Of a stretch of DNA of 64,000 nucleotides, positions 1 through 16,722 are shown piece after piece. Position numbers and translations under genes: made by a program. Each line of letters starts with the position of its first letter. Positions within the stretch are counted from its first letter, which is position 1. The notes beneath the pieces are model-generated. The model was not told the origin of the DNA. It made no database searches and saw only the letters and a program-made list of their open reading frames with translations. This DNA is from the human T2T-CHM13v2.0 reference genome, Homo sapiens, in NCBI RefSeq assembly GCF_009914755.1, contig NC_060928.1; one strand, written 5' to 3'.

Positions 1-515
1 AAAATCAGTTTACAACTGTGGCCTGGAAGTGTAATTACTACTCAAATTATTGTGTTCATAGTATCCAATGTATAATGATAAACTTTATATTTTCTTTCAG
101 TTTTCTTAAAACTATACATTAAAATTCAGAATATCTTAATTTCCATGCCACTAGATGCAGAAAATAATTTTCCATGAATTCATGATCTCTTCTGAATGAC
201 CTCTTAGTAAATAAACTTTCATTCATTTGCTTATCACCTGTCCTTTCTCTGTTCATTCCCGTGGTAGCTGTCTGTCTTGTTCACTTCTGTATCCTCAGCA
301 TGTAGCATAGTGCTTGACACATGGTGCCTGCTCATTACTGCTTGTTGAATGCACATATGAATGAATGAATCCTTGTATGTATGAATTTCAACGTTTTAAT
401 CCTTAGTACAACGTGATGCATAATATGCTCTCATAAATATGTGTTGAATGAATGAATTTATGTTGTGAATTCCTGATACAGTGCAGGGCATGATGGTTGA
501 AGAATGAGTTTGGTA

Positions 516-851
<336 letters not shown>

Positions 852-1586
852 TCAAATCCAATGTTAACCATTCATCCACTCATTAGCTATGTACTCGGAC
901 CATTTATTTAATCTCTGAAAGATCTGGTTTTGTCATCTGTAAAATGGAGCTTGTGAAGAGGCATAAGACAATGTATGTAAGTCACTTAGTACCATGCCTA
1001 GCATATCACACTTAATAAATGGTGGCAGTTATCAGGTCAAGACTCGGGTGAAGCAAGGAAGGCATAAATGTTAAGGGGGTCCCAAGGAACTCAGTAATCA
1101 AGATAATGTTTACATGAAATATTTTTAAAAATGAAAATTAATGCAAAAATCTATGTTGAACAAAATATCGAAATTTTTCATAAAGACAGGATCAGTATTA
1201 CTGATTGTTTCTTTTGCCTCAGGCTCTATTATGGCTTGATAGGACCCTGGCAGTTATAATCATTAGGTTGACAAAGGTGCTTTTAATGTTATCCTCTCAT
1301 AGAGTGCTTAATTTGTAGCAATTGACTTTAAGCTTCTAGGTCTTAGAGCCATGGCCCCTTAAGAATGCAGCAGAATCTAACCCAGTTGCTTTAGCTGGAA
1401 CTCTGCGCTGAGAAGTCAGAGTTTCTATCTCTTACCCACTTCTTCCCCCTGCCCAATACCACAGTCTTATCTGGGACTACAATGGGAGAGGAACTCTTTT
1501 TGAACTTCTCTTAATATAACAATAGTAAAGGTCCTATCTCTCAGGCAATACTTATGCATTATGACATTTTATAAAAACAACTTTTA

Positions 1587-1942
1587 CATAGAGACAGGGT
1601 CTCACTATGTTGCCAAGGCTGCTCTTAAACTCCTGGCCTCCAGCAATCTTCCCACCTCAGCCTCCCAAATGGGTGTGATTAGAGGTGTGAGCCACTGTGC
1701 TTGGCCTCATTAAAGCAATTTTAAAAGTAGGACATACACTTTTTTTTTTTTTGAGATGGAGTCTCGCTCTGTTGCCCAGGCTGGAGTAAAGTGGTATGAT
1801 CTCAGCTCACTGCAAGCTCCACCTCCCAGGTTCAAGCGATTCTCCTGCCGCAGCCTCCTGAGTAGCTGGGATTACAGGCACCTGCCATCACACCCGGCTA
1901 ATTTTTGTATTTTTAGTAGAGATGGGGTTTCACCATGTTGGT
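1587..1942 (-). mobile_element. FLAM/AluJ monomer followed by a truncated Alu
   Basis: Antisense Alu consensus at ~1587-1706 and 1741-1942. Confidence 0.85.
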
Positions 1943-3320
1943 GATGTAGTCTATAAATAGTATATATATGTTAATATCATATCCCTACTACTACGTTAAA
2001 AGCAGGTAAAAAACAGAGAATGACCTTCCTTAATACATCTTTAATATCTTATAATTTAAAAGTCCAAGTCAAAAGACATCATCAAATGACAACTAGTGTT
2101 TTACCAAAGAATATTTAATCATCTAATTTATCTTTTCCCAATGATATAAAGAAATAGAAAAGAGATTAAGAACCTATTGAATGTTGAATGATCTTTGCAA
2201 CATAAGAGTAAGAATGACTTCTTTTCAGTATTTCCTACGTGTCTGACATGGAGCTAAGTGTTTTATGTCCATTACCTTGTTTAATCCCTCAATGACTCAA
2301 CAAAATGGCGGCCATTATTATTCATATTTTACAGATGGAGGAGCTAAAGCCCAGAGGTAAAGTAACTTGCCCAAGATGACCAACTGAAGAAGCAGAGATT
2401 TGAACCCAGACCTGTCTGGTTCCTTCTGGATGGTAACTAAACCCAAATGCAAGGCACCTCAAACCTTGAAATGAGGTGGCTTAAGATGTAACGACATCCT
2501 AAGGACCGAATCACTGAGGTTGAATCCATTGATCTGACCAGCTGCCATGGCGGCCACTTCCTCCTTTCTCACCCCATGCCCCTGTCTATGAAGCTTCATG
2601 CAGCTGCTGTGGGACACTCTGCTAGGCGCCACAAAGTTCAAGAGACTTTGCCTACATGTATAAATATATTCTTAGGAAAGTTATAAGTTCACAAGAATTG
2701 AAATAAAACTCGAAGTGCATCCTATTCCTAATTAATAGCTCAGTGTAGGTGGTCTGGGAGAAAGCTTATCAAGAAACCAAATGCTCACAGGTTGTTAACC
2801 ATCCTCTTCTTTACAGCAACCACATATGGCCCTCTTTGTCCACTTCTGAAGGAAACGGAATAAGAACTGCATTGTACAAGATCCATCAGATCTGCCCCTA
2901 CTTTTAAACAGGTAACACAAATGCAGAACTTTTCAACGGGGTAAAGGAGCAACAAATATGCCTTAAATAGCCAAAGGTTTCATCCAGCAGAGGTTAACAT
3001 ACGCTGTGGGGAAATAAGAGCTAGAAAAAACTTGCCACAGTGCATGGGACCGTTCAATCTGAATAGAAGAGCTGACCAGGTTTGATCCGCAATCAGTGAA
3101 AAGAAACCCACGCTCTCAAGCATCTGCAAGAAATTCCTCAGATCAATAGCCCCAAGGTCACTAATCATTAATCTAGACAAAATAGTAAATACTAAAAATC
3201 TAAATAACCCTACTTCCCTCCCCTCAATATTAGCTCAAATTATCTCCTTTTTAGAAAATACCCATGCAGCCCTTATATCTTTTTAATGAGAGTTACAACA
3301 AACAAAGCTAAGGTTCTTAC

Positions 3321-3420
3321 CCCACGGCTTGCACTCTCTCAGCAGAGCTGCAGGTGCGTGGATGATTCGTTGACACGGTCAGAATTGGCTGCAGGAGGGA
3401 ATTGAATCGAGTTTTTCTGT
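3321..3420 (-). other. TLR10: TLR10 non-coding exon 1 (rest of gene lies left of the window); 5' end approximate
   Basis: Minus strand reads ...GAATCATCCACGCACCTGCAGCTCTGCTGAGAGAGTGCAAGCCGTGGG|GTAAGA. This matches my recall of the TLR10 mRNA 5' end, has a consensus donor at 3320, and fits the gene order. Confidence 0.8.
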
Positions 3421-3499
3421 AAAGCTTAAACCCCATCCGCCCTCTTCTGCATGCTAGTGGTATTGCATGTTATATATATTCATTATAATCTTAGCACTT

Positions 3500-4465
3500 T
3501 TTAAAATTGTGGTCAAATACACATAACATAGGAGTTATCATGCTCACCATCTTTCTATTTTTATTTTTATTTATTTATTTTTTGAGGTAGGGTCTCACTT
3601 TGTCACCCAGGCTGGAGTGCAGTGGTGTGATCACTGCTCACTGCAGCCTTGACCTCTTGCGCTAAAGCCCGCAAGAGGCTGGGCTTCTCAGTCCCGCAAA
3701 TGTCTGGGACTACAGGCGCTCACCAACTGGCCTGGCTAAGTTTTTTGTATTTTTTGTAGAGACGGGGTTTCGCCAGTTGCCCAGGCTGGTCTTGAACTCC
3801 TGAGCTCAAGTGATCTGCCTGTCTCGGCCTCCCAAAGTGCTAGGATTACGGTGTGAGCCACCGCGCCTGACCTTAAGCATTTTTAAATGTACAATTTAGT
3901 GGCATTAATTAAGTACATTCACACTGTTGTGCAACCACCACCACTGCCCATCTCCAAAGATTTTTCGTCATCCCAAACTGAAATTCTATGCCATTAAAAA
4001 ATAATTTCCCATTTTCCCCTTCCCTCAGACCCTGGAAACTATAATTCTACTTTCTGTCTGTGTGAATTTGACTACTCTAGGTACCTCATGTCCGTGGAGT
4101 TATACCATATTTGGTTTTTTGTGACTGGCTTATTTCATTGAGCATAATGTCTTTAAGGTTCATCCATATCATTTCTATTATTATTACATAGAATAATAGA
4201 ATCTTTCCTTCCTTTTTTAAGGCTGAATACTATTTTGTTGTATGTACGTCCCACATTTTGTTCATTCATTCATCCATCAATGGACATTTGGGTAGTTTTC
4301 ACCTTTTGGCTCTTGTGAATAATGCTGCTGTGAACGTGGTGCACAAATATCTATTTAAGTTGGTACTTAACATTCTTTTGAGTCTATACCTAGAAGTGGA
4401 ATTCACGGATCGTATGACCATTCTGTTTAATTTTTTGCAGAACTACCATACTGGTTTTCCACAGC
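3500..4465 (-). mobile_element. Old L1M 3' end with nested antisense Alu (~3555-3871), abutting the TLR10 promoter
   Basis: L1MB-type 3' UTR motifs (GTGACTGGCTTATTTCA, CATTCATCCATCAATGGACATTTGGG) and Alu consensus. Confidence 0.8.
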
Positions 4466-4625
4466 ATCTTAGAGCACTTTGATGATGCTTTTCTTCAAGG
4501 TGCAGGTCGGTTATCCCTTTCATCAGTTGGGTGGGGCAGTCATGTGATGATGGGCAGGAGTAGGAATGGTGACTCCATAATTTCAGCAATCAGGCAGGAA
4601 GAGGGTGGAAAGGAGTTATCTAGAG

Positions 4626-5160
4626 CAGTGGTCCCCAACCCCTGGGCCACAGACAGGTACCAGTTCATGGCCTGTTAGGAACCGAGCCACACAGCAGGAG
4701 GTGAGTGGTGGGTAAGCAAATGAAGCTTCATCTGTATTTACAGTCGCTCCCCATCGCTTGCATTACCACCTGAGCTCCACCCCCTGTCATATCAGTGGCA
4801 GCATTAGATTCTCATAGGAGCTTGGACCCTACTGTGAGCTGCATATGGGAGGGATCTAGGTTGCGTGCTCCTTATGAGAATCTAATGTCTGATGATCTGT
4901 CACTGCTTCCCATCATGTCAGATGGGACCATCTAGTTGCAGGAAAACAGGCTCAGGGCTTCCACTGATTCTACATTATGGTGAGTTGTATAATTATTTCA
5001 TTATATATTACAATGTCATAATAATAGAAATAAAGTGCACAATAAATGTAATGTGCTTGAATCATCCCGAAACCATCTCTCCCCCATCTCCAAACCCGGT
5101 CTGTGGAAAAACTGTCTTCCATGAAATTGGTCCTGGTGCCAAAAAGATTGGAGACCTCTG
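4626..5160. mobile_element. MER1-type hAT-Charlie DNA transposon
   Basis: TIRs CAGTGGTCCCCAA...TTGGAGACCTCTG and 8-bp TSD ATCTAGAG/ACCTAGAG. Confidence 0.85.
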
Positions 5161-6332
5161 ACCTAGAGGCCTTTTCTTGAAGTGAAGTGGTAAAATAAGC
5201 ATGGTATTTTTTAAAATGTAGATCGCAAAGTACGGATCAATTTTTAAAGCAAAATTTTTGAGGTTTTTTTCATACTTGACTTAAGATTTAGGTGACTGCT
5301 GGAGATCACGAGTAAAGAAGAAAATTTCCAGATGGATTTGTCTACAGGAGGAATGATCAATTTAAACATGAATGATTATAATAGATTTATGTCTTATAAA
5401 ATTGGGGAGTGGGTGGGTTCTTAAAATACATTTTTTAACTATCATATTGGGGTTTTTAAATTTAAAATGTAGTCCATGTATTTCCACATATATTGTAGGG
5501 GGAAATCACACAAAATATAAATAACTGTAAAAAGAAAAACAACAGCAAAACAAAACCAGCTCTGCTCCTCACCTAAACATATACAAACATGTCTATATTA
5601 CACAAACGTAGGAAGACAGGAACACCCGTCAGGAACGTTGGAGAGGGTATTCCCAGCTTGTTGGATGAACTAAGCTCTAAAATCTTTTTCATTTCAGAAA
5701 TTCTCAAATTACTATGATCAGCACACTCACACTGTATATTGCCCTCTCAAGGAAAAATAATCACTTGGGGTTTTTGTTGTCCAAAGACATATTCTTCCTT
5801 TCCCCAGAGACCAACATGTTTAAATACTTTATTGTCAGAAAACGGAGAAGTTTTCTTTAAGTGTTTTTACATTTGTTTACCAAAAACAAGTTGAGCCAAG
5901 TAGAGTTGTTGCTTGTGTCATCTAATCATCATCATTAAGCTTGCATTTACTTCCTAAGTGCAGATAGTATTGCACACAAGATATTGGCTAATCATCACCA
6001 CAAACTACATAGAACATATACTTTATTCCCGTTCGCCAGATGGAAAAACTGGTTGAGAGAGAACAAAAAACTTGCACAAGGTCATCATCCAATAGGGGAG
6101 GGAGCCAAGATTCAAAACTAAGTAAGTCTGGTTCCAAAGCCCACAATTTTTTCACGACTCCAGATGCCCAAGAGGTTATGTAATACTCTCTCTGCCTTCA
6201 CCTGAGATTTCTAAAACGTTTAAATCTTTATTCACAACTAGCAACCAAGAATAGTATGCTCAGAACCATATGTGCTGATAACTTTAAGATGTAATATTTT
6301 TATTCCTTTTTAAAAAACTTCCCCCTGCCCCT

Positions 6333-6399
6333 ACACACATGCATGCACGCAGGCACGCGCACACACACGCACGCACACACACAAACACACAAACACACA
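6333..6399. repeat. Imperfect (CA)n/(CG) microsatellite
   Basis: Direct reading. Confidence 0.85.
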
Positions 6400-6826
6400 T
6401 TTCCCTCCTATGTCTTCCTCTGATACCAGACGTGGGCCAGCTGTGATTCTGCCTTCATATATGTTGCAATGAACAGAGAACCTTGGGTTACCACAAGGGG
6501 ATGGAGGTTTATTTTAAAGACACTAGAGGCTGTAAGGAAACACAGCAGCACAGCCAGGCCCTCTAGAGACCTGGAGCAGTGGCTTCTGGGGACTCCCAGA
6601 GCAGCCGTGGTGGTCAGGCTGTCTGGTTGGGCTGCTCTCCACTTTAGCTATGACTTGACTTCTCTTTGACTCTTCCTCAATCTGCTTCTCTTTCTATTCC
6701 CCACTTCTCTTTATTGCTGCCTTTGCTTCTATATGTGTCTTCCTACAGCCTTTTCCCAGGCTCATGGCTTACAGTCAAGGGCTGAGGCCCGCTCTGAGAA
6801 TACTTCCCCCAAGAAGGGAAATCTGA

Positions 6827-7261
<435 letters not shown>

Positions 7262-7529
7262 TAGGAAAGTTACATGACCTAGAGCTGCTCACGGGTAGAA
7301 GAAAGGGCCTGGGCTTGCATTCTCCCTAAGAGCACTGCGGGTGGTTCAGGGTCTAGTGTGGAGCACGTGTTAGCTGGGGAAAGCTCCTTTACTTTAATTA
7401 CTGGTATCAGTAAGTGAAAATAGTAACAACTTTTTTTTTTTTTCTGAATCCTATTTCTGAAAAATAAATGAAAAGTAATAAAATTCTCACATGGTTAGAA
7501 AATTTAAATCATTTGTCATTCATTTACTA

Positions 7530-7906
<377 letters not shown>

Positions 7907-8986
7907 CTAGATATGTGCTAGGAACCTGAAAGACTTTGGAGAGATTTGGTAACCACATTAAAAAGACAAAAAGAGGTGAAATTAATTTTAATAATATATT
8001 TTATATAATTCACCACATTAAAATATTATTTCGCAAGTACTCAATATAAAAAATTACTAGCAAGATATTTGACATTCTTTTTTTATATAATGTCTTTGAA
8101 ATTTGGTGTGTGTTTTACACTTACAGCACATTTCAATTCAGGCTTGTCACTTTTCAAGCATTCCATAGCCACATACGGCTAGTGGCTACCATATTACACA
8201 AACAGGACTAGAGCCTTAGGTTAATAAATGACAGTCCTACAATGAGCCAACAAACTTGAACTCTAATGCACCCACGAAACTTTCCCTAATGATACCAAAT
8301 ATTGATATTTCTCATCTCTCATTTTCCCATGTGCTACCCCTGACTCCCGCTCCCACTTCCCCTCTCAACTGACCCTGCTCACTCTGGGAATGGTCCTGTT
8401 GTAAGAGCCATCACTTAGAACCCACGTCCTCAGAAATTATCCCAAAGGCTTTAGGGACAGAGAAGGAATATGTGTATCTATTAGAAGTGACATGGGGAAG
8501 AAAAGGAGGACAAATAAATATTAAAGAAAAATTAAAGAGGAAAGAGAAATGGAAGAGAAAAGCACTGGGAGGAGAGGATCAAAAGGGAAAAGCAAAAAAG
8601 AGAAAGAACAAGGGAAACACAAATAGAGAAAATTAGGATGGAAGGCAAAGAACAAGAGAGAAATGGAGAGAAAAGGAAGGGAGAAAATAAAATACAAGGC
8701 TAAACAAGGGAGCGGTAAAGAGAAAAGAGTACAGACAAAAAGAGGAAAGCCTGGATTTCTCATCCTGGTCTAGGTATTATTATAACTTTATTAATTAGTT
8801 GCTTAGCATTGCTCTTAGGCAGAATTCCAAGACTTAATCATATAACAAATATCCAAAAAGACATGTCAGCTTGAGGAATTCCCCTGGATTTCCTTGTTTG
8901 CATCCAAGCCACATGCCATTGTTGCTTGCACTGAATATGAACAATTATACACTGAATCATGCTTACTAAGATATATTTCAATACGT

Positions 8987-9804
<818 letters not shown>

Positions 9805-9870
9805 AGCAGCTGGTATCATTTATATCTGATTTAAAAAGAAAGCATTTATCTAACTCAATGGTTTACTTTT

Positions 9871-10162
9871 TTTTTCTTTTTCTTTTCTTTTTTTTTTGTT
9901 GAGCTGGAGTCTAGCTCTGCCGCTCAGGCTAGAGTGCAACGATGTGATCGCCTTCCAGGTTCAAGTGATTCTCATGTTTCAGCCTCCCAAGTAGCTGAGA
10001 TTACAGGCACGCACAACCATGCCCGGCTAATTTTTGTATTTTTAGTAGAGCCGGGGTTTCACCATGTTACCCAGGTTGGTCTTGAACTCTTGACCTCGGG
10101 TGATCCACCTGCCTCGGCCTCCCAAAGTGCTGGGAATACAGGCATGAGCCACTGCATCAGGC
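9871..10162 (-). mobile_element. Alu with internal deletion
   Basis: Antisense Alu with TSD CTCAATGGTTTACTTTT. Confidence 0.9.
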
Positions 10163-13100
10163 CTCAATGGTTTACTTTTTAAAAGAGCAATATTTTGGCA
10201 GAGATTTATATATGAACTCTTACTTTTGGTTAAATTGATGTTCAGTGTTTACATTATTATGATCTATGTAATGTTGGGCCTCACTAAAAGCTACATTATA
10301 CACTATGATTACAGTCTATGATTATGCTTTTTGGTTTTCTTGTAGTTAATAATTGCCTTGTATTTTATTTTGTTAGTTTTCAATGCTTCTATGATAATTT
10401 TCCTCACATTCCCAAATAGCTCTCAAGTCAAAAAATGTAATATAATGAAATCTATCAAATAAACAATCACCTCTCTCAAATTACTGTCTGTCATTTTGCT
10501 CCAGCATGCATTGGATTTCTGCAGAGCTGACATCCTCTGACTTTGAGTTGTTGCTATCCTGGAAAGCTGTTGCTCCTCTCTGCTGTATTAGATCTCTCGT
10601 TTCTTGGGATGCACAGCATCTCCTTTCTTGGTTTTTATCTGTTATAGTGGAATTCATCATCCAGTAGTTTCCCGAAAGAATGCATTGATGGTTAATTTGG
10701 AGGGAGAACTTACATGTCATGCCTCATATTTGATTGACTGTTTGGCTGGATATAAAGTTATATGTTGCAAATGATTTTTCTATACAATTTTGAAGGTATT
10801 GTTCTGTAAGTTCTAGCTTCTAGCATTGTACTGAGAGATGCATGGTTATTCTGATTTCTGATTCTTTGTATGTAACCTGGTTTCTTTTTTCTTTCTCTCT
10901 CTCTGGAAGCTTTTACTATTGTTGTTCCTGATGGTCTAAAATTTCAAGAGAAAGTGCCTTGGTTTGGGTCTTTGAACTGTTCGTTTTGCTGGGTACTTTT
11001 AGGAGATTCATGTCCTTCAGTGGGATTTCTCCGTCTTATTATTATTATTTTTTTTGATAATGTCTTCACCTCATCTCTTTTTCTGATTCTGGAACACCTA
11101 TTAGATGGATGTGGACTTCCCAGAGTTAGGCTTTTACTTATTTTTTCTCTTGCAAAATAAGTCATTTTGTTCTAATTTCATAGAAATTTCTTTAACATAT
11201 TTTCCAATGCTTCTATTTCTTTGGGTAAGGGGCTATCAAACTTTTTAAGTTCTAAGAAACGTCTGTAACTTCAAGTTGTCTTAGAGGAAAGATGAACATC
11301 CTCGTAGGTCTGCCTGTGACTATATAATTACCGGTGGCACTTCTGTCCCCTGGCTCTCAATCTTGTTTGGGACCTTGTTGATTAATTTTGACAATTAATT
11401 TTTATTATGGCTTGTCATTCACACGGGTGGGTGTTTATCTGGGGAATTCAAGAAGCAACTGTGTCCTAGTAGGATGAAGTCCATCACACAGTTCCAGAAC
11501 AGCCAAGGAGGGCAGTGCGAGCTTGTCCAAAGTGACAGGGAGCTACCAGAAGAAGCAGTTCAGAAGAAGAGAATGTGAGAGTCAGCCAGGAAGTCCAGCT
11601 CTTCTCTGAAATCCTCAGGAGGAACTGTTTTCCTGTAAACACAGGGGTTGGGGACTTGAGTCATTTTACTTAAAATGAAAAGGAAGTGGTAACCCAAAAA
11701 ATGAGAAATCTTGGGGACACTTGGGCTGCATTAATGAGGTTGAAATTTTTCATAAATTCATTTTCTAACTGGATCCTGTTTTGGGCTGACCATGCTTATT
11801 GCCCACATATCAATGGAGATCTTAGTGCTTTTCTATTTTATTCTATTAGTTCTTGATATACATGAATTTTATCTATGATATTTGCTAACAGTTTACTTCC
11901 CAATTTCTTATTTCCCCATTTGCCATTTTTAGTTGTTTTGTTTGCCTCATTTGTTCATTCGCTTGTTTAACATGGAGCTGTTCCCAGTTTTTCTGTAACT
12001 TTTGTCTCTTTTCTGATTTTATTTCATCTTAGAAAGCCCAGGATAATCTAGATGAAACATGATCAGCACTTCAGCTCCAGTTCCATATTTGTTGGTATAA
12101 TAAGGACAAGAAGAATGATGATAATGACATAATAATAACTCTAACATTTATTGAGCTTTTGCTTAATGCCAGGAACTGTTCTATAGACATTATATGTATT
12201 AACTCACTTAATCCTCGTAACAATAGTATGAGACAGGTATTTCCATTACTCTCATTTTACGTCTCCACAGTAATAAAGCAGAGAAGGAGTACATAACCAC
12301 CCAAAGTCACTAGAAGAAGGTGGAAGAAGCAAAATTCAGGTGGAGGTCCGAGATGCTTCTCTTCCCCACTGTGTCTGCCACCTCTAGAGTGAATAGCCAT
12401 GACCCTGAGATAAGTCAGTTACACACATTGTACCACCGATTTCTAAAACAACCATATGAGAGAGGTACCAGTATTATGCCCATTTTATAGATGAGAAAAA
12501 GGAGGCTAGGAAGGGTGAAGGAATTCATCTATGGACAGAGGATTTGTGCCCTCTCTTTTCTCTTCTACAGAGAAATTGAGCCAGGATTTAATCCCAGCAT
12601 GCCGGTTTACAAAGCCCAGCTTTATAACCTTTATTTATTGTCTATTGTTCCACTGGAGAGACCTATTTTTGGTCTCCTAAGCCCCATTTCCTTATTTGTT
12701 TGTTGTAAATTTTTCAAGTACAGAAAAGTATAAAAACAAAAACAAACACCAGTTGTAGGCAAGCAGTGATAATTTTTTCATATTTCATCTAGACCATTTT
12801 CTATGCATATTTTAACCTAGCTGAAATCATAGTGTACATATACTTTTGTATCCTATGCTTTTTATTTATATTGTAATATAAGCATAGCTCACTGCAGCCT
12901 CGAATGCCTGGGCTCAAGCGATCCTCCTGCCTCAGTCTCCTGAGTTGCTGGGATTACAGAAACTGTGCCACCACACCAGGCCCTATACATTTTTTTAAAA
13001 ATTGTAGTGAAAAAGACATAACATAAAAATTACCATCTTAATCCTATACATTATATTAAATGGTTGTACAATATGTCATTAAACACATTCCCCCATTGTT

Positions 13101-13250
13101 AGAAATTTGGAATGTCTCCAATTTTCCATGGCTGCTAATAACCTCACAGTTAACATACTTATAAATAAATATTTGTTCACATTTCAACTTATTTCCTTAG
13201 GATAAATTCCTAAAAGTGGAACTGACAGATCAAAGAGCATGAGTATTTTC

Positions 13251-13254
<4 letters not shown>

Positions 13255-13297
<43 letters not shown>
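13255..13297. repeat. (TA)n microsatellite, ~21 units
   Basis: Direct reading. Confidence 0.95.
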
Positions 13298-13300
<3 letters not shown>

Positions 13301-14142
13301 CAAATTACTTTGCCCTCCTATTATTGCCATATGAAATGCCCATCCCACTGCAGTCTCGCTAGTATAGCAGGCTGATAAAATGGAACTAGGTTAGTCTCAA
13401 TTTTGGTGGAGGTCCCCCGAGTGAGGTGTGAGACTAGATAACTGGTTTTGTGACCTTTGCTAACTACCCATCTCTAGCCAATAAAGGGGATTGGAGAGAC
13501 TGAGAGGAGTTATACATTAGAAGAGCATTTTGGAGAGAGGTTTTGGTATATTATGAGTTTCATTTACCCTCAAGAAGGATGGGTGGGGTGTGCTCCCTCT
13601 GACCTAGGTCCTAGGGAAAGGGCTTCAACAGTACCACTTGGAAAGCTCGCTATGTGAAAACTGTAGTTTGGGAGACATATTTGACCAGTCTTTTAATTTA
13701 TACTTGGAAATCTAAAGGTCTTGGCTAGCTACTCTAAGACTATATTTTACAAATAATGAAATCTATGCTTAGAAAGTTTAAGTAACTTGTCCAAGATCAT
13801 CTGCAAATACATGACGGAGCTAGAATTGAAACCCAGACTTGATTAAGGGCTTGCATATTTACCCATTCTGTAATACTTCCTCTCATTTATCTGTGAAATC
13901 TCTCTTATTTTCATTGATATTTATCATACTTTGGCCTGAATTCTTCATCTTCCAACTTTGAATTCTTTGGCAGGAGACTCCACCAATACAATTTCAACCT
14001 CCCGCCAGCATCCTTAAAACCACTTATGAGATCAGCTATTTATGTATAGGACTGATCTAACGTCTAAAAATTTTGAGTTTATTAAATAAACTCTAAGTGA
14101 CTTTAGGTTCCTTTCAGGGAATTCTTTTTCGGATTTACAGGG

Positions 14143-14586
14143 TGTAACAAGTTGAATTGTGTCTCCGAAAATTCATATGTTGAAGTCCTGAACCCCAGAA
14201 CCTCAGAATTACCCCTTCCTTGGAAATAAGGTTGTTGGGAGATGTACTTAGTTAAAATGAGGTCATTAGAGTGGGCCCTAATCCAATGTAATTGGTGTCC
14301 TTATTAAAAAAAAAAAAGAATTTTGGACACAGAGACAGACAGGCATAGAGGGAAGACGATGTGAAGAGACAGAGAAAAGACAGCCATCTATGAGTTAAGA
14401 AAAGAGACTGGGTTGTCCACAGTAGAAATGGATCCTTCCCTCTCTCCTCTCAAAAGCAGCCAACCCTGCCAACACCTTGATTTTGGACTTTCAGCCTCCA
14501 GAACTATGGGAATAAATTTCAGTTGTTTAGGCCACCCAGCTTGTTAAAATAGACTTTGTTAAAATAGACCTTGAAAACGAATACAT
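14143..14586 (+). mobile_element. MLT1 (MaLR) solo LTR
   Basis: TGAATTGTGTC...CAGCCTCCAGAACT...AATACA. Confidence 0.8.
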
Positions 14587-16722
14587 AACTGCTTGCTGAG
14601 TAGTTGAAATTTGGTTATGAAATCTTGAAGTTCAATACAGAAAGTGCAATCATCCTAGAGAAAATGGGAAAATCCAGTTCTTACAATTTTTGCAATTCCA
14701 TTACAGAACAATAGTTCTCCTATTTTTAGCATACATTTCATGGTTTGAATTTGCCTCCCACTATTATGCTTCAAAGAAGTTTAAATAATGACTTTCCTCT
14801 ATTTTCAAGCTCTAACTCCGTGGTTTGACTTTCAAGATCCTTGACAATATAGTCTTAATATAACTTTCCACACTCCTATCCTACTGTTGTTTTTCATGAA
14901 CCTCACGGTCCAGTCAAACTGGGATACCAGTCCAAGAATAGGCCTGGGTATACCTGCCTTTGCTCTCTTTATCTTTCTGTTTAGAATGGCCTTTCCATTC
15001 TTCATCATTACACATTGAAAAATCCAAAGTTAAAGTCTTCCTTCAAGACCTAATTGAAAAAAAAAAAAAAAGACACATCATTTCTAAGATTTTTTTTCAC
15101 TCAATTTAAGCAACCTCTGAACTTCCATTTTATAGCTTTGTTTCATTGATTTTTATTTTAGTTATTTGGATATGTTTAGTGTTCTCTGATTGACTGTAAG
15201 TTCTTTAGGCCAAGAAGCTAATAGATATGTATGTGTTAGTTGGGTTCCTTCCCACTCAAAAAAGTAGAGACTGAGATGAGAGCTTTGTGGGCTGGTCATT
15301 TGTAGGCTTTTTGGTTTTTGTTGCTTTTTATTTTATTTATTTTTTCTAGACTCCTTGAGTTAAGGAAAGGTCGCTTGTTTGGAGCAGCGATCTCAGGACT
15401 CAAGAGTGACCCGAATGAGAAGAGTGACCAAGGAAGAATGGAAAGTCAATGCAAAACCAAGTTACTGAGCTGGTTACCCTGTGGGTAAGTAAACCTCAGT
15501 GCCACTAGGGATTGTCTGAGAAAAGGTATCAATTACACCTCATTTTTTAACCCAAGAATAGAAGAAAGGAGCATGTATATAATGCTTCCCATCCCGTAGT
15601 GTTATCCCTTGTGCTTCCAGGTTTGTGCATGTATCAGAATGGTAGAACAGGCTTCTACAAGCATCCCACGCAGTGGTATCAGTGAAGTCATGGGGCATAA
15701 AGTGAAAGATACATGGTGTAGTTATGACAAGGTTTTTGTCAAGACTACACCTGCCCAGAGCTGGCTGCTGGAGTAAAAATGTAGACTGACAGGATGTTTG
15801 ATGGGTATGAAAAGCATCAGATATATCCATTCCTTACACTGCCCCATCTGCTCATGCTCTACTTTAATAGTTCCCCAAAGAGACAGATGCTATATATAGA
15901 AGCACCGTATATCAACTATATTCTTCCTTCTAATCAAAAGAGCAAAGGCTCTTGTGCATGTTAGTTCATACAACCAGAATCTCAGCGAGATCTCCAGTCA
16001 TGGAAAACTAGACTCAGAATTTTCATTTGGACTGAGGTGGAACACTTTCTTGGTCTGGGCTCCCTCATAAGCAGCCCCTGAGACAAATATTCAGTGGCAA
16101 GTAGTTTATCACAGAGGTGATCCCATGGAATACACATGGAGGAATAAGTAAGTGAGAAAAAAATGGGAAGGAAGCCAGTCGAGAATACTTAATCAAGCCA
16201 TTTCTACTGTGGACAACCAGAATTTTATCCTACTGGGGAACTCAGGGAGAGTGTAAAGTATACCCCATTTTTTGATTTATCTCAAAAAATGAGTGAGAAA
16301 GTTGGGATATTTATCCACCAGCTCTTTCTGACATTGGTTGAGGGCTGTTTCCAAGGACAATTTCCAGCACTTCTGAACTGCCCTTTGTGTGGGCATGATG
16401 GTGGGGGGTTGGGGAGGAACCTTCAGGCATAGTGTCTCCAGCTTTATCAACGAGCAGCCATCAATAAGTTGAGTTGAATGCACCATGGATATGAGGAAAG
16501 CATCAAAAGCTGTAGAAATCTGCTATACAAACCCAGCTATATTCACAAAAGTCACGGCATTTTCCAATATTGGCCATGATACACTAGAACACACATCACT
16601 GAAGAAAAACAGGTGCTTCCCTTGACTTCATGATAAATTCAGAACTCAGTTATAGCAAAGAAACAAGTGGATCCCTTATGTGTCAGAACTGTTTAAATCA
16701 AAGTTATATCATTTCATTAATT

